Assembly (NCBI GenBank): GCA_016839815.1
Contig: JAEOTM010000204.1
Coordinates: forward strand, 32,001-96,000
Source of the DNA: Candidatus Hodarchaeota archaeon
Lineage (GTDB): Archaea; Asgardarchaeota; Heimdallarchaeia; Hodarchaeales; Hodarchaeaceae
Direction: 5' to 3'
DNA: 64,000 bases
A model generated the notes under the pieces. That model saw only the letters and a list, made by a program, of their open reading frames with translations. It was not told the DNA's origin and searched no databases. Shown here piece by piece: positions 31,219-40,206 of the stretch. Made by a program: the position numbers and the translations under genes. Position 1 is the stretch's first letter. The number at the start of each line of letters is the position of its first letter.

Positions 31219-32676
31219 ATGCACCAAAGTCAGGAAGTAGAGCCTCTTTTTGAATCTACTGCCATTGTAGATCCTTTTGTACGAGATTTCTGTGCATTTT
31301 GGGAACACATTCACACCGAAGTGATAAAACGTAGGGTACGGAAAATATCGAAAACCGCAGAAATCACTCAAGCTCTCAAAGATGTCCAAACTATTCGTTT
31401 TTATGAAAAGTACAAATCTCATCCCTTACTTGAATACTCGGAAGCGTGGATGAAAACATTGGGGTCATTCTCAATCCTCTGGTATGGAGGTCGTGTGTTA
31501 ATTCCCCTTCGATTAGTAACTTATGAGCTAGCATATGCACAGGATCAATTATTACATACGTTCTTGAAGAATATCTCAACCAATCAGATCCAAGGAAATG
31601 AGGAGACCTTATTTCGGGTTCTTTTTCCCAAGTTACTTGAAATGGCACTTCCTTTATCTAAATCAGATCTTATTTTATTGAAAGGATTCCAAACGGCATA
31701 TATAAAAAGTCAGAACCGTCGAACTGGACCCTCCACTCAAACCTTTGCATACCATATTCCGGAATTAAACGCTGAGACGATCCGCAATAAACTAGAATAT
31801 TTCCGTTATTTTCAGCTAGCCATCCCTATGCATTTTCTCGATATGGGAAAATTAGGTTATGAAACATATCTAACAGTCCATTCGAGCATGGTACCTGACC
31901 AGCTTTCACGATATTGCCTAATAGATATCAACATGGGAAGTGCACGATTAGGCCTTTTCCAACTGCCTTATAGTAGACCGGAACTACTTACACTTCTAAA
32001 AAGCACTCAAAGTGAGGAATACCCTACTCCTTCAAAATTGATTCCTATGACCCGAAGAGTGCATTCGTGGAACCTTTCTACTCTCCAAGAAGGAAAAAAC
32101 AAATGGATAAAACCCTATTCATTTTTTTATGGGGATCCTTCTTCCCCTCCACAATTCGCTCCTGCCACCATGGACATGTCCCTAGATCCATTGTTCCAAC
32201 CTTTCCGTCCATTAACTCATGCAGATGTAATTTTGCTTTCTTTTCTTGTATCTGTAGGAAAAATTCTCAGACTCAAAGATTTAGCCTCTCAAGTTCAGCT
32301 GCATCCCAATACAGTATCAAGGCTTTTAGCTGAATATCAAAAGGCTGGTTTACTCAATCAAATAGTCCAATATTACAATCTAGGCTTAAATCTCCCAGTT
32401 TATCTTTTCATTTCGATACCAAATACTACTAATCGTATTCACTTCCTAGATTTCTGTCTTACTCTCCCCCATATTGATCTTTTTACAACAACCACTACTG
32501 AAGAATCAGTGTACTTCGGCCGAACTGATCTTCCTCATTTTTGGTGTCGAGATTTTGTAACACGATTGCAGTTTTTACGTAACAAGTATTCCGAGATGTC
32601 TTTTCATTATACCTTTGAACCTCCTTTAGTGATACGACGAAATCTCTCCCTAATGGACACTTATCAACAATCTTAG
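31219..32676 (+). CDS. ~485-aa putative tandem Lrp/AsnC-like (wHTH+RAM) regulator
   Basis: Two HTH-like segments (LNAETIRNKLEYF; LKDLASQVQLHPNTVSRLLAEYQKAGLL), each followed by an Lrp-like linker (DMGKLGY; YYNLGL). Confidence 0.65.
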   Translation: MHQSQEVEPLFESTAIVDPFVRDFCAFWEHIHTEVIKRRVRKISKTAEITQALKDVQTIRFYEKYKSHPLLEYSEAWMKTLGSFSILWYGGRVLIPLRLVTYELAYAQDQLLHTFLKNISTNQIQGNEETLFRVLFPKLLEMALPLSKSDLILLKGFQTAYIKSQNRRTGPSTQTFAYHIPELNAETIRNKLEYFRYFQLAIPMHFLDMGKLGYETYLTVHSSMVPDQLSRYCLIDINMGSARLGLFQLPYSRPELLTLLKSTQSEEYPTPSKLIPMTRRVHSWNLSTLQEGKNKWIKPYSFFYGDPSSPPQFAPATMDMSLDPLFQPFRPLTHADVILLSFLVSVGKILRLKDLASQVQLHPNTVSRLLAEYQKAGLLNQIVQYYNLGLNLPVYLFISIPNTTNRIHFLDFCLTLPHIDLFTTTTTEESVYFGRTDLPHFWCRDFVTRLQFLRNKYSEMSFHYTFEPPLVIRRNLSLMDTYQQS

Positions 32677-32790
32677 TGGGAAATTTGAAGTGATACTTTC
32701 CCAAAAAGTCACTCTTTGGAGGTTATATGAATTGAGGAAAATTGTGGAATGGGTGTAACAACTATCTCATCTCAACTAAGGGGTTCATAT

Positions 32791-32904
32791 ATGAGCACTG
32801 GGATAGTTTTTTGGCCCTCAGTGAATAAACAAAGCCAAAGTATGTCAAAACCTCTCAGTATCCGTGAGTCGCGTTGTCAGGGGTGTCCAATGCGCCTCGG
32901 ATGA
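32791..32904 (+). CDS. Putative 37-aa peptide with C-terminal CxxC (MSTGIVFWPSVNKQSQSMSKPLSIRESRCQGCPMRLG)
   Basis: AAGGGG upstream of the ATG. The stop codon lies inside a strong hairpin followed by a T-tract. Confidence 0.45.
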   Translation: MSTGIVFWPSVNKQSQSMSKPLSIRESRCQGCPMRLG

Positions 32905-32930
32905 GGACTTCTTCCTCATCCCCTTTTTTT
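32899..32930 (+). terminator. Hairpin plus T-tract terminator
   Basis: Perfect 9-bp stem ggatgagga-cttct-tcctcatcc, then cc and T7. Confidence 0.7.
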
Positions 32931-33005
32931 CTTATGGAGATTTTTCTTAAAGTATTCTATAAAATAGTGGATGAGCTAACAAAAATATTTACATATCTAA
33001 AGTTA

Positions 33006-33188
33006 TTAGACTCTTTTCTGCCTCTCGAAATATCCACGAAGTATTGAATTGGCTTTCAACCGAGGTCTAGCTCTCTCAAATTTGAGGTGAACAGTCTGAG
33101 ATCGATCTTCATACCGATCTAACGACATTTTGATTTTTTTCTTATTTTTAAAATACTCTTCACTTGTAAGATTGGCTTTTCTTTTCAC
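33006..33188 (-). CDS. Small basic hypothetical protein
   Basis: 60 aa, K/R-rich, AAGGAG upstream of the GTG. Confidence 0.5.
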   Translation of the reverse strand: MKRKANLTSEEYFKNKKKIKMSLDRYEDRSQTVHLKFERARPRLKANSILRGYFERQKRV

Positions 33189-33529
33189 TCAACCAGCTCC
33201 TTTTTTTAGGTACTGATCATCTTCCTTCCACTTACAGGAAGAAGGTATGTGGAAATGTTATTTTTTCTTCAAGAAGTCTTGGAACTCTTTTATCAAATTA
33301 ATATCAATTTAACAATTGCACTCCTTGGTTAATCAGCCCCATTCTTACTGTAGACTTAAGGAAGTGCTAGGAGATGGTGCTTGTGAGGAGTTCTCTCCTA
33401 GATTCCACTTTAGTTATGAGTATAGAAAAGGAGCACTTCAAGCATCTTATCAATACTAAAACCTGCCATGAAAGTAAGGTATTAAAAGCTGAAAAGACTT
33501 TGTAGAGTAATTTCTACAAATACTTAAAC

Positions 33530-34705
33530 GTGAGAACCTTGAGAAAATCCGTTAGCAAAGGAAATATGTTAATTTTCTTCCTTTTTGTAAGTAATTTTGT
33601 TTGTTACGTGGCAGATTCCCGAGTAGATCAAGGAGAAGAATGGTTGTTTGTTGAAGTAGCCAGAATAAGTACAGGAGGCGATGCTTACACGATTAAAATT
33701 GAAGAAAACTATTGCTACATCAGTTGTGGATATGGTGGATTTAGAATTTTTGATATAAGCAATACAAGTTCCCCCATTGAGGTTGCTCACGTTCCTCAAC
33801 CCGCTAGCGGGTATGCCCATCAGTTTATCATGCATAACAAAATCGCATTTATCGGGAATGGGTATGGAGGAATCTGGATCCTCAACTGTACTAATCCTGA
33901 AGCTCCAAATACAATAATCGAATATAATCATGATTATTCCTGGGATATTCAACTAAATGGAGATATTCTTTATGCAGGTAACGGACATATTGTCCCCCAA
34001 GAAAGTATAACCGTTACCAACATAAGTGATATTACTCAACCTGTTCATGTAAGGACGATTCTAACTGATGATGATATCACCGATCTACAAAGGGTAAACC
34101 AACTATTATACGCTGCTAGTTCCACCAAAGGTTTTCTTATATTTGATATTTCCAGTCAAACAAACCCATTCTATTTAGGAAATTATACTGATCCTTTAAA
34201 TCCTGATATTTACCTTGTTAGCTTTGATATTATTGATGAATATGCATTCGTGGTATATTATCAATATGGTCTGAAAGTATTGAATATTAGTGATCCTACA
34301 AACATTACACTGGTTACCGAGATAATCGACGAAACAGTCGATTATTACTCCATTCATGTTTTGAAGAACGTGGCGTACATTTCAAATATCAACCACGGTA
34401 TTCAATTAATTAACGTGAGTGATCCTACTGATTTGGAAATTATCGTAGACTATTCCTATCCCAATTGTGGGACTAATGATATCCTTCCACAAGAAGATCT
34501 ATTATTTGTCGCCGATAGAAATATCGGATTTCTGATTTTTAATGTAACTAAACAGGTAAAATTAGTAACCTCCACATCAGAGGTAACAACGACTGATGTA
34601 TCAAGCATTTCTTCACCCACAAATGGAACAACTTCTTTTCCTCCTCTTTGGTTCTTTATAATCTGTGGTTTATTTTTTTCACATTGGAAAAAAAGAGATT
34701 TATAA
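33530..34705 (+). CDS. LVIVD-repeat beta-propeller surface protein with C-terminal anchor
   Basis: Repeated GFRIFDISNTSSP / GLKVLNISDPTN / GIQLINVSDPTD. Thr/Ser linker then TM. Confidence 0.88.
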   Translation: MRTLRKSVSKGNMLIFFLFVSNFVCYVADSRVDQGEEWLFVEVARISTGGDAYTIKIEENYCYISCGYGGFRIFDISNTSSPIEVAHVPQPASGYAHQFIMHNKIAFIGNGYGGIWILNCTNPEAPNTIIEYNHDYSWDIQLNGDILYAGNGHIVPQESITVTNISDITQPVHVRTILTDDDITDLQRVNQLLYAASSTKGFLIFDISSQTNPFYLGNYTDPLNPDIYLVSFDIIDEYAFVVYYQYGLKVLNISDPTNITLVTEIIDETVDYYSIHVLKNVAYISNINHGIQLINVSDPTDLEIIVDYSYPNCGTNDILPQEDLLFVADRNIGFLIFNVTKQVKLVTSTSEVTTTDVSSISSPTNGTTSFPPLWFFIICGLFFSHWKKRDL

Positions 34706-34797
34706 CAAACAAAAGAATTCAAGTGTTTCCACTTTGTCAAAAATCTTTGATCCGAAATTATATAAAATTAAACTGTGCAAAAACAATGTGAATTCTA

Positions 34798-35148
34798 ATG
34801 GCATATCAACAGCAAGAAAGGATCTTAATTAGTACCACTGATGAGATCCCAGGATATAAAATTGAGCAATATTTTGGATTAGCGTTTGGTGCGACGGTGA
34901 GAAGTCGTGGAATGGGAGGAGATTGTTTAGCTGGTTGCCAATCATCTTGCGGAGGAGAAGTCACTGCATTTACTGAAATGGCTCTCGAGGCAAGAAACCA
35001 GGCTATCAATCGCATGTTTGATGACGCGAGTCGGATGGGCGCTAATGCAATCATTGGATTAAAGTTCGACAGTGATCAAATTGGTCAAGGTGGCAATACA
35101 GCAACCATCGCTTATGGAACCGCGGTTAGAGTAGCACCTTTTCGATAA
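34798..35148 (+). CDS. YbjQ/UPF0145 family protein
   Basis: TTDEIPGYKI, GGEV, AR..AI.RM...A...GANAIIG, AYGTAV. Unusual CLAGCQSSC segment. Confidence 0.92.
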   Translation: MAYQQQERILISTTDEIPGYKIEQYFGLAFGATVRSRGMGGDCLAGCQSSCGGEVTAFTEMALEARNQAINRMFDDASRMGANAIIGLKFDSDQIGQGGNTATIAYGTAVRVAPFR

Positions 35149-35150
35149 CG

Positions 35151-35762
35151 GTGAATATGATAAACTTTCCCATTGCAATCAAATTACTTATTAAACGTTG
35201 GGAATTATCCTGGCGTTTTAAGTTTGCACACCATCCAATATGCACAAATTACCGGACACACTTTTGGAAAGTGGGAGGTCTCTACCTTTGCCAAGGGTGT
35301 AGTTTGGTTTACTCGTCGTTCCTCATAACACTTCTGTTCTTAATCATTTTTCACGTGATTCTTCTTCCAGCCCAATATTTAATTGTAGGAATGAGTCTCT
35401 TAGTATCTATTCTCTTGATTGAAAAATATAATGCTAACCTGCGATTTATAAAGCGGTTAGCTCGAGTAGGAACAGGTCTTGGGTTGGGAATCTCATTTTC
35501 TGCCTTTTTACTCTACCCAGATCTTTTCATTAAACTAGGTGGCCTTTTTGTCTCTCTTGCTGGTTTTTATTTATTCAATTATATTCGACGTACGAAAGAG
35601 AAAGAGGATAAATGTCAGACATGCGCTGACTACCAAGGGCATAAAATCTGCTATGGATTACGATTAGAAGCTGAAGCAATGAGGAAATATTCAGAATATG
35701 CTTCTGATTTACTACAACCGAGCTTGAAGTCAGCTTATAGTAAAAAACTCAAATATGACTAG
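35151..35762 (+). CDS. Membrane protein with Cys/His clusters (DUF2085-like)
   Basis: HHPIC..LCQGC, four TM segments, CQTC...C. Confidence 0.65.
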   Translation: MNMINFPIAIKLLIKRWELSWRFKFAHHPICTNYRTHFWKVGGLYLCQGCSLVYSSFLITLLFLIIFHVILLPAQYLIVGMSLLVSILLIEKYNANLRFIKRLARVGTGLGLGISFSAFLLYPDLFIKLGGLFVSLAGFYLFNYIRRTKEKEDKCQTCADYQGHKICYGLRLEAEAMRKYSEYASDLLQPSLKSAYSKKLKYD

Positions 35763-35829
35763 TAAGATTGATTAAAAAAAAAGGAGGAAATGTTGTTGTT
35801 TCCTCCAGATAGGTTCTTCATTTCGATAT

Positions 35830-36516
35830 TTATTCCCGTTCTTTGTACTTTAATCCAATAAGAATTAGTACACCAATATTTATCGGAAGTAAGAATCCTG
35901 GAAATCCCTTAGCTTTTGTTGTAGTTGTAGTGGTGGTAGTTGTAGTAGTTACAATGGGAAGCATTTCAATTGACTCTAAGTATGGAAGAAATTCGTATAC
36001 GATGGAAAAAAGATCACTATTATTCAAATCGGTGTTTCCGATCTCTAACAGCTGTGCAAATACAACAATCTCTAGGTCTGGATTTTCCATCTCTGGATAT
36101 TCAATGAATATCAGACATAGCTGATTCTGATCAGTTTGAAAGTGTTCATTGATACTTCCTGATAGCCACATATCGTTTTCTGTAAAAGGATCACCAAGCA
36201 TCCAGAAAAAATAGTAATCCCCTAAAGGAGCGCGAACAAAAAGAAGACTCCCTGTAACTTCATTATCTGCAGAATCTGAAGGGAGAGACAATAGGGTAAG
36301 AACCACTAACGACTTTGTTTCTCCACGAGCTGGTGCAATAGAAAAATCATAATCAATAGTTACCCAAATATTGACTCCATGTTGCGATACCTCAAGGATG
36401 GATATCTCTGAATCAGATGTGGATGCATAGATCGGAGGAACACCAGAGAAAATTATTGGTGCTATACAAAGTAGCAAAACACCTAATGTATACTTTAGCT
36501 TCATATTCTGTCCCAT
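35830..36516 (-). CDS. Secreted surface protein with poly-Thr linker and PGF-CTERM-like anchor
   Basis: Signal peptide, poly-Thr tract, GFPGF-TM-KYKERE tail. Start overlaps the hcp stop. Confidence 0.85.
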   Translation of the reverse strand: MGQNMKLKYTLGVLLLCIAPIIFSGVPPIYASTSDSEISILEVSQHGVNIWVTIDYDFSIAPARGETKSLVVLTLLSLPSDSADNEVTGSLLFVRAPLGDYYFFWMLGDPFTENDMWLSGSINEHFQTDQNQLCLIFIEYPEMENPDLEIVVFAQLLEIGNTDLNNSDLFSIVYEFLPYLESIEMLPIVTTTTTTTTTTTKAKGFPGFLLPINIGVLILIGLKYKERE

Positions 36517-37130
36517 TAGCCAGGTGGATTTATCCAGTCATCTTCTGCTTCAATATTGCCCTTTGCTTTTCCTTCCTCATCATATTCAGTGTAAGTCCAT
36601 TTAATCGTTTCGTAAGTAAAAGAGACAGTTTCTTTCGGAATTTCATCAACACTGATTGTACCAAAGCTCTGTACTGAAGTGATTTTTGCATTGGTAAGTT
36701 CAATAGTATAAAAATTCAAACCATCAGGTTCGTAATAGATTCTTAAGACTACTGAAGGAATAATAGTTGATTTTACGCACCTTTCAAAGATTTTAGGAGA
36801 CGATTTATCCACAGATTTCATTACTCGAAGAGGAGAGTGTTGCTTTATAGTAAGATCTCCAGTCATTAGATCATACGGATTGCTGATAGTATGAGAGTAA
36901 CCAAGGGCGGTTATTGAGTTTTCACGTCCTGCAATGATCGATTCACCATCAACTCCCTCAATAAATAGGTTCATTGATATCGAAGTAAAACCAGAATATT
37001 GGGTTTCGGTGATTGAGGCATTTACATCTTGGCCATAGCTAGCAATTAGCACGGTGAGAGTAAATATTCCAATAAAAATACCTAGAAGAACAACCAAACG
37101 TGTATTATATTTTATCTTCATTCTTTTCAC
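36516..37130 (-). CDS. hcp: Type VI secretion Hcp-family tube protein with N-terminal signal/TM segment
   Basis: LFIEGVDGES...RENSITALGYSH, KSVDKSSPKIF, YTIELTNAKITSV, ETVSFTYETIKWTY match Hcp1 motifs. Confidence 0.85.
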   Translation of the reverse strand: MKRMKIKYNTRLVVLLGIFIGIFTLTVLIASYGQDVNASITETQYSGFTSISMNLFIEGVDGESIIAGRENSITALGYSHTISNPYDLMTGDLTIKQHSPLRVMKSVDKSSPKIFERCVKSTIIPSVVLRIYYEPDGLNFYTIELTNAKITSVQSFGTISVDEIPKETVSFTYETIKWTYTEYDEEGKAKGNIEAEDDWINPPG

Positions 37131-37291
37131 ATCATTTTTTCATAGATTTGAATAAGAAATACGATCCAGCTCAATGAATTCTAGGATTCTTATGCTTATC
37201 CAAAAAAAAGGGCCCTGATGAGAGAATCCTTCAGCTTTAATGCCTTTTTCTGTATCGAAACTTGTTACTCGTAACGTTTATCGGGCGTGGG

Positions 37292-39259
37292 TTATTCTGA
37301 AGACTGATACGAAAGGTGTACTAATCTTTTTGCTTTTACAAGGTATTCTTCGACTTGTGCTTGGACAAGACGCTCTTTGAGGGGGGCGTTATCTTTTATC
37401 AAGCGCTCCCACATACTTAATTGAGTCGTTAAAGTAGATTCTTCTGCAATGACTCTGTTAAGAAGAAGTCGAAGGTTATTCTCTTCAGCAGTAATCTTCG
37501 CCTGAGCTAGAAACTGCATAGCTTTCGTTGGAAACCCCTCAATTAATGCTAATTTCGCTTGAAGGATTACAACATCAACCAACAAGGGAAAGGAATGTTG
37601 TTCCTGCGCAGCCGTAGCAAGATCAGTGATCAGCTTTTTAACGTCTAGAAAAACTTCATTTACATCTGTTATATCAATAGAGGCGGATCTGAGCTCAAAC
37701 AAGAGCAGCTCACAGAGATTCAATACAGCAATTTTCTTAGAATCAGCAAGATAATTCAGGAGGTTGACTTGTATGTTTGGGTTATCGATTATTTCCTGAA
37801 GTAATTCTTGAGCTCGGGCTTTATCTTTGATTCGAATACTTGTTTTCAAAATTAAGGCTTCAGCAAGTTTATACCACTGATCAAGAAATTCTTGACTCTG
37901 GGGATTCGATTGATAGTATTGAGTAAACATTGCAAAATAATTCTTAGCCTCTGTGACGTCTCCATTATCGAGCATCACTAAAATCACCTCAAAAAAAGCT
38001 AATCCTTCTGTTTCCTTCCCAAAACGGAGTACTCTATGTTCTAATTCTTTTAAACATCTCTTATAATAAGTCAATGCAATGGAGTTATCACCTTTCGATC
38101 GATAAACACGGCCAATATGAAGAAAAGTTTGACAAAAATAAAAATCATCATGAATGCTTTCCAATAAGGGAAGAGCTTTTTGGAAATTATGAAGAGCAGA
38201 ATCTAAGTTACCTTTGAGGTGATAAAGATTACCCATATCAAGCAATGTCCAACAATGCACAATTGGTCGTCCATTGCATTTATAAATTACTTCACTACAT
38301 TTATAATACTCCAAAGCTTTGTTAAAGTCCCCTTTGGCATATTGGTGTAAATCTCCAAGAAGGTGCCAACATAGTTGTGTCCCATCAGTGTCCTCCAACT
38401 CCTCACAAACACGAAGACTCTTTTGAATCGATACAATAGAGTTCTCAGTTTCTCTGATATTATGAAAAAACATCCCTATTCCAAAATATACTCGAGCACT
38501 GCGAAAAGATTGTTGTATTCCATCAATTAGCTTTTGACTTCTCTTAATATAATCAACAGCCGCATTTAGATCCTCCAAATCCTGATAGGTATAAGCAAAA
38601 TTAAGAAAGGTTTCAGCTAATCCTTCTTGATCATGAAGCGACTTATTAAGGGTCACACACTCTTGTAGAACAGATAATCTTTGCTTATTTTTGGAGCTCA
38701 ATCCCAAAGCAGTTGAATAATCAAGAAGGACTTGGATTAACTCCAATTTCTTATCTAGTGCCTTATAGTGTGATATACTAATTTGAAACGCCTTTTCTGC
38801 ACGATTACGTTCTCCTAAAGCTCGGTATATAAGCCCCTTATTCCTCTGTAAAATTGCAGTCCGATTTGATCTCTCTTGGGAGGTAAGATTTGAAATACGA
38901 TCAAGAAGCTGCTCTCCCTCTTCCACAAGCTGTAAGTCCTGTATTAGCTTCTTTCTAGCATAGGTAGAGAAAAAGTGCTTAGCTAATCTTAGCGATTCAA
39001 TTTTTGTAATAAGAGCATCTAGCAAAAATAACAGGTCCCCCGAGTGTTGTTCCCGTACTAAGAATAACGTATTATCTGCTAAATCAAGCCCATCTTCACT
39101 TTTGCCAATATTGCCCAGGATCTCACTCTTCAGAAGTTGACAAATCAAATCCTCTTGAAATTCAAGGTTAGCAGTTTTTAACGTATCATTAACTGCTACT
39201 AAGGCCTCTTGGAAGAGATTCTGATCAATCAGCTTTTTGATGTTCTGGTGACTCTCCAT
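37292..39259 (-). CDS. TPR protein of Asgard type
   Basis: Multiple TPR units. C-terminal half is similar to 16651-18747 (LAEALILKTSIRIKDKARAQELL, LNLCELL, AKLALIEG). Confidence 0.85.
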   Translation of the reverse strand: MESHQNIKKLIDQNLFQEALVAVNDTLKTANLEFQEDLICQLLKSEILGNIGKSEDGLDLADNTLFLVREQHSGDLLFLLDALITKIESLRLAKHFFSTYARKKLIQDLQLVEEGEQLLDRISNLTSQERSNRTAILQRNKGLIYRALGERNRAEKAFQISISHYKALDKKLELIQVLLDYSTALGLSSKNKQRLSVLQECVTLNKSLHDQEGLAETFLNFAYTYQDLEDLNAAVDYIKRSQKLIDGIQQSFRSARVYFGIGMFFHNIRETENSIVSIQKSLRVCEELEDTDGTQLCWHLLGDLHQYAKGDFNKALEYYKCSEVIYKCNGRPIVHCWTLLDMGNLYHLKGNLDSALHNFQKALPLLESIHDDFYFCQTFLHIGRVYRSKGDNSIALTYYKRCLKELEHRVLRFGKETEGLAFFEVILVMLDNGDVTEAKNYFAMFTQYYQSNPQSQEFLDQWYKLAEALILKTSIRIKDKARAQELLQEIIDNPNIQVNLLNYLADSKKIAVLNLCELLLFELRSASIDITDVNEVFLDVKKLITDLATAAQEQHSFPLLVDVVILQAKLALIEGFPTKAMQFLAQAKITAEENNLRLLLNRVIAEESTLTTQLSMWERLIKDNAPLKERLVQAQVEEYLVKAKRLVHLSYQSSE

Positions 39260-39413
39260 TTAATCCAAACTAGATCTGATACCAGTATTTTAACTTATCA
39301 ATCACAACTCTCTAGAAGAATTAAAATCTGACTCTAATTGTTAAAAGGAAATATCCTAAATGTGAGGAGAGATTCTATGATCTTAAAAAACCATCGTGGA
39401 CAAAAAATTAGAT

Positions 39414-39989
39414 TTAGATCTGCTTTCTAATTTCATTAAAGGCCTTAGACACCGAATCATCCATTAAAGTGGTTTTATATGTTATAAAAGACTCTAGTAT
39501 TCCTTCTCTAAAGAAAGATTCCAGTTTTTCCAATTTGTCATTCCTATTTTCATACTCAAGCTTATCAGTACAGTGTAGAAACAAAAAAATCTTAGCGTGA
39601 GGGGAAACACGATTTCTACACGCAATAACATTCTGAAAAAACTTCTGGGTTTTTTCTATCTCGAGTTGATCAGAACAACTCGAATCAACGACGTAAATAA
39701 GAGCAATACTGGTTTGGAACCATGATTCACAGGGAACCATCCAATCCTGCATAAGGGAAATACTTCCCCCTAAATCAATTAGATCAATTTCCCGATTGTT
39801 GAAGCGTATGCGATTGATATTTAGACCATGAGTTATCGGAATTTCCAGCTGTAAAACCCTTTGAGGACCTCTACCCTGAAAAACTAGCATAATCGACGTT
39901 TTTCCGGGATGGCCTAGTCCCAATACAATTATTCTTTCATCACTGAAAGGTATTCCTTTCCCGATTAGCTTCACCTTTCCTTTAGTCAA
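39414..39989 (-). CDS. Rag/Gtr-like (Arf-related) small GTPase
   Basis: GLGHPGKTS, DLGGS, LIYVVDS, SPHAKIFLFLHCTD, YKTTLMD. Confidence 0.75.
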   Translation of the reverse strand: MTKGKVKLIGKGIPFSDERIIVLGLGHPGKTSIMLVFQGRGPQRVLQLEIPITHGLNINRIRFNNREIDLIDLGGSISLMQDWMVPCESWFQTSIALIYVVDSSCSDQLEIEKTQKFFQNVIACRNRVSPHAKIFLFLHCTDKLEYENRNDKLEKLESFFREGILESFITYKTTLMDDSVSKAFNEIRKQI

Positions 39990-40206
39990 AACAAGCTATC
40001 TATCTTTATTTCTGATACTCAATCTTATTTATCACTTCAATTACTTCAGTTTTAATCGGCTTTCCAATGCGAACAGTGCATTGGGCTTTTGTGTCTCAGA
40101 TAAAAATTTCATTGTAGATTCCGAGAGGATACAAGTTTTAAAAAGGTGGTCTTCTCACTCTTCAGAATATTGAGGATTCCTATCCTCAATAATAGAAGGT
40201 GATCGT

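Noticed and set aside
35918-35953. Poly-Thr (gtt/gta/gtg)n tract as a DNA repeat element
   Set aside because: It is a coding low-complexity linker with mixed codons.
37205-37290. ctgatga...gaaac resembling a hammerhead ribozyme core
   Set aside because: Stems I and II cannot be paired in the required register.
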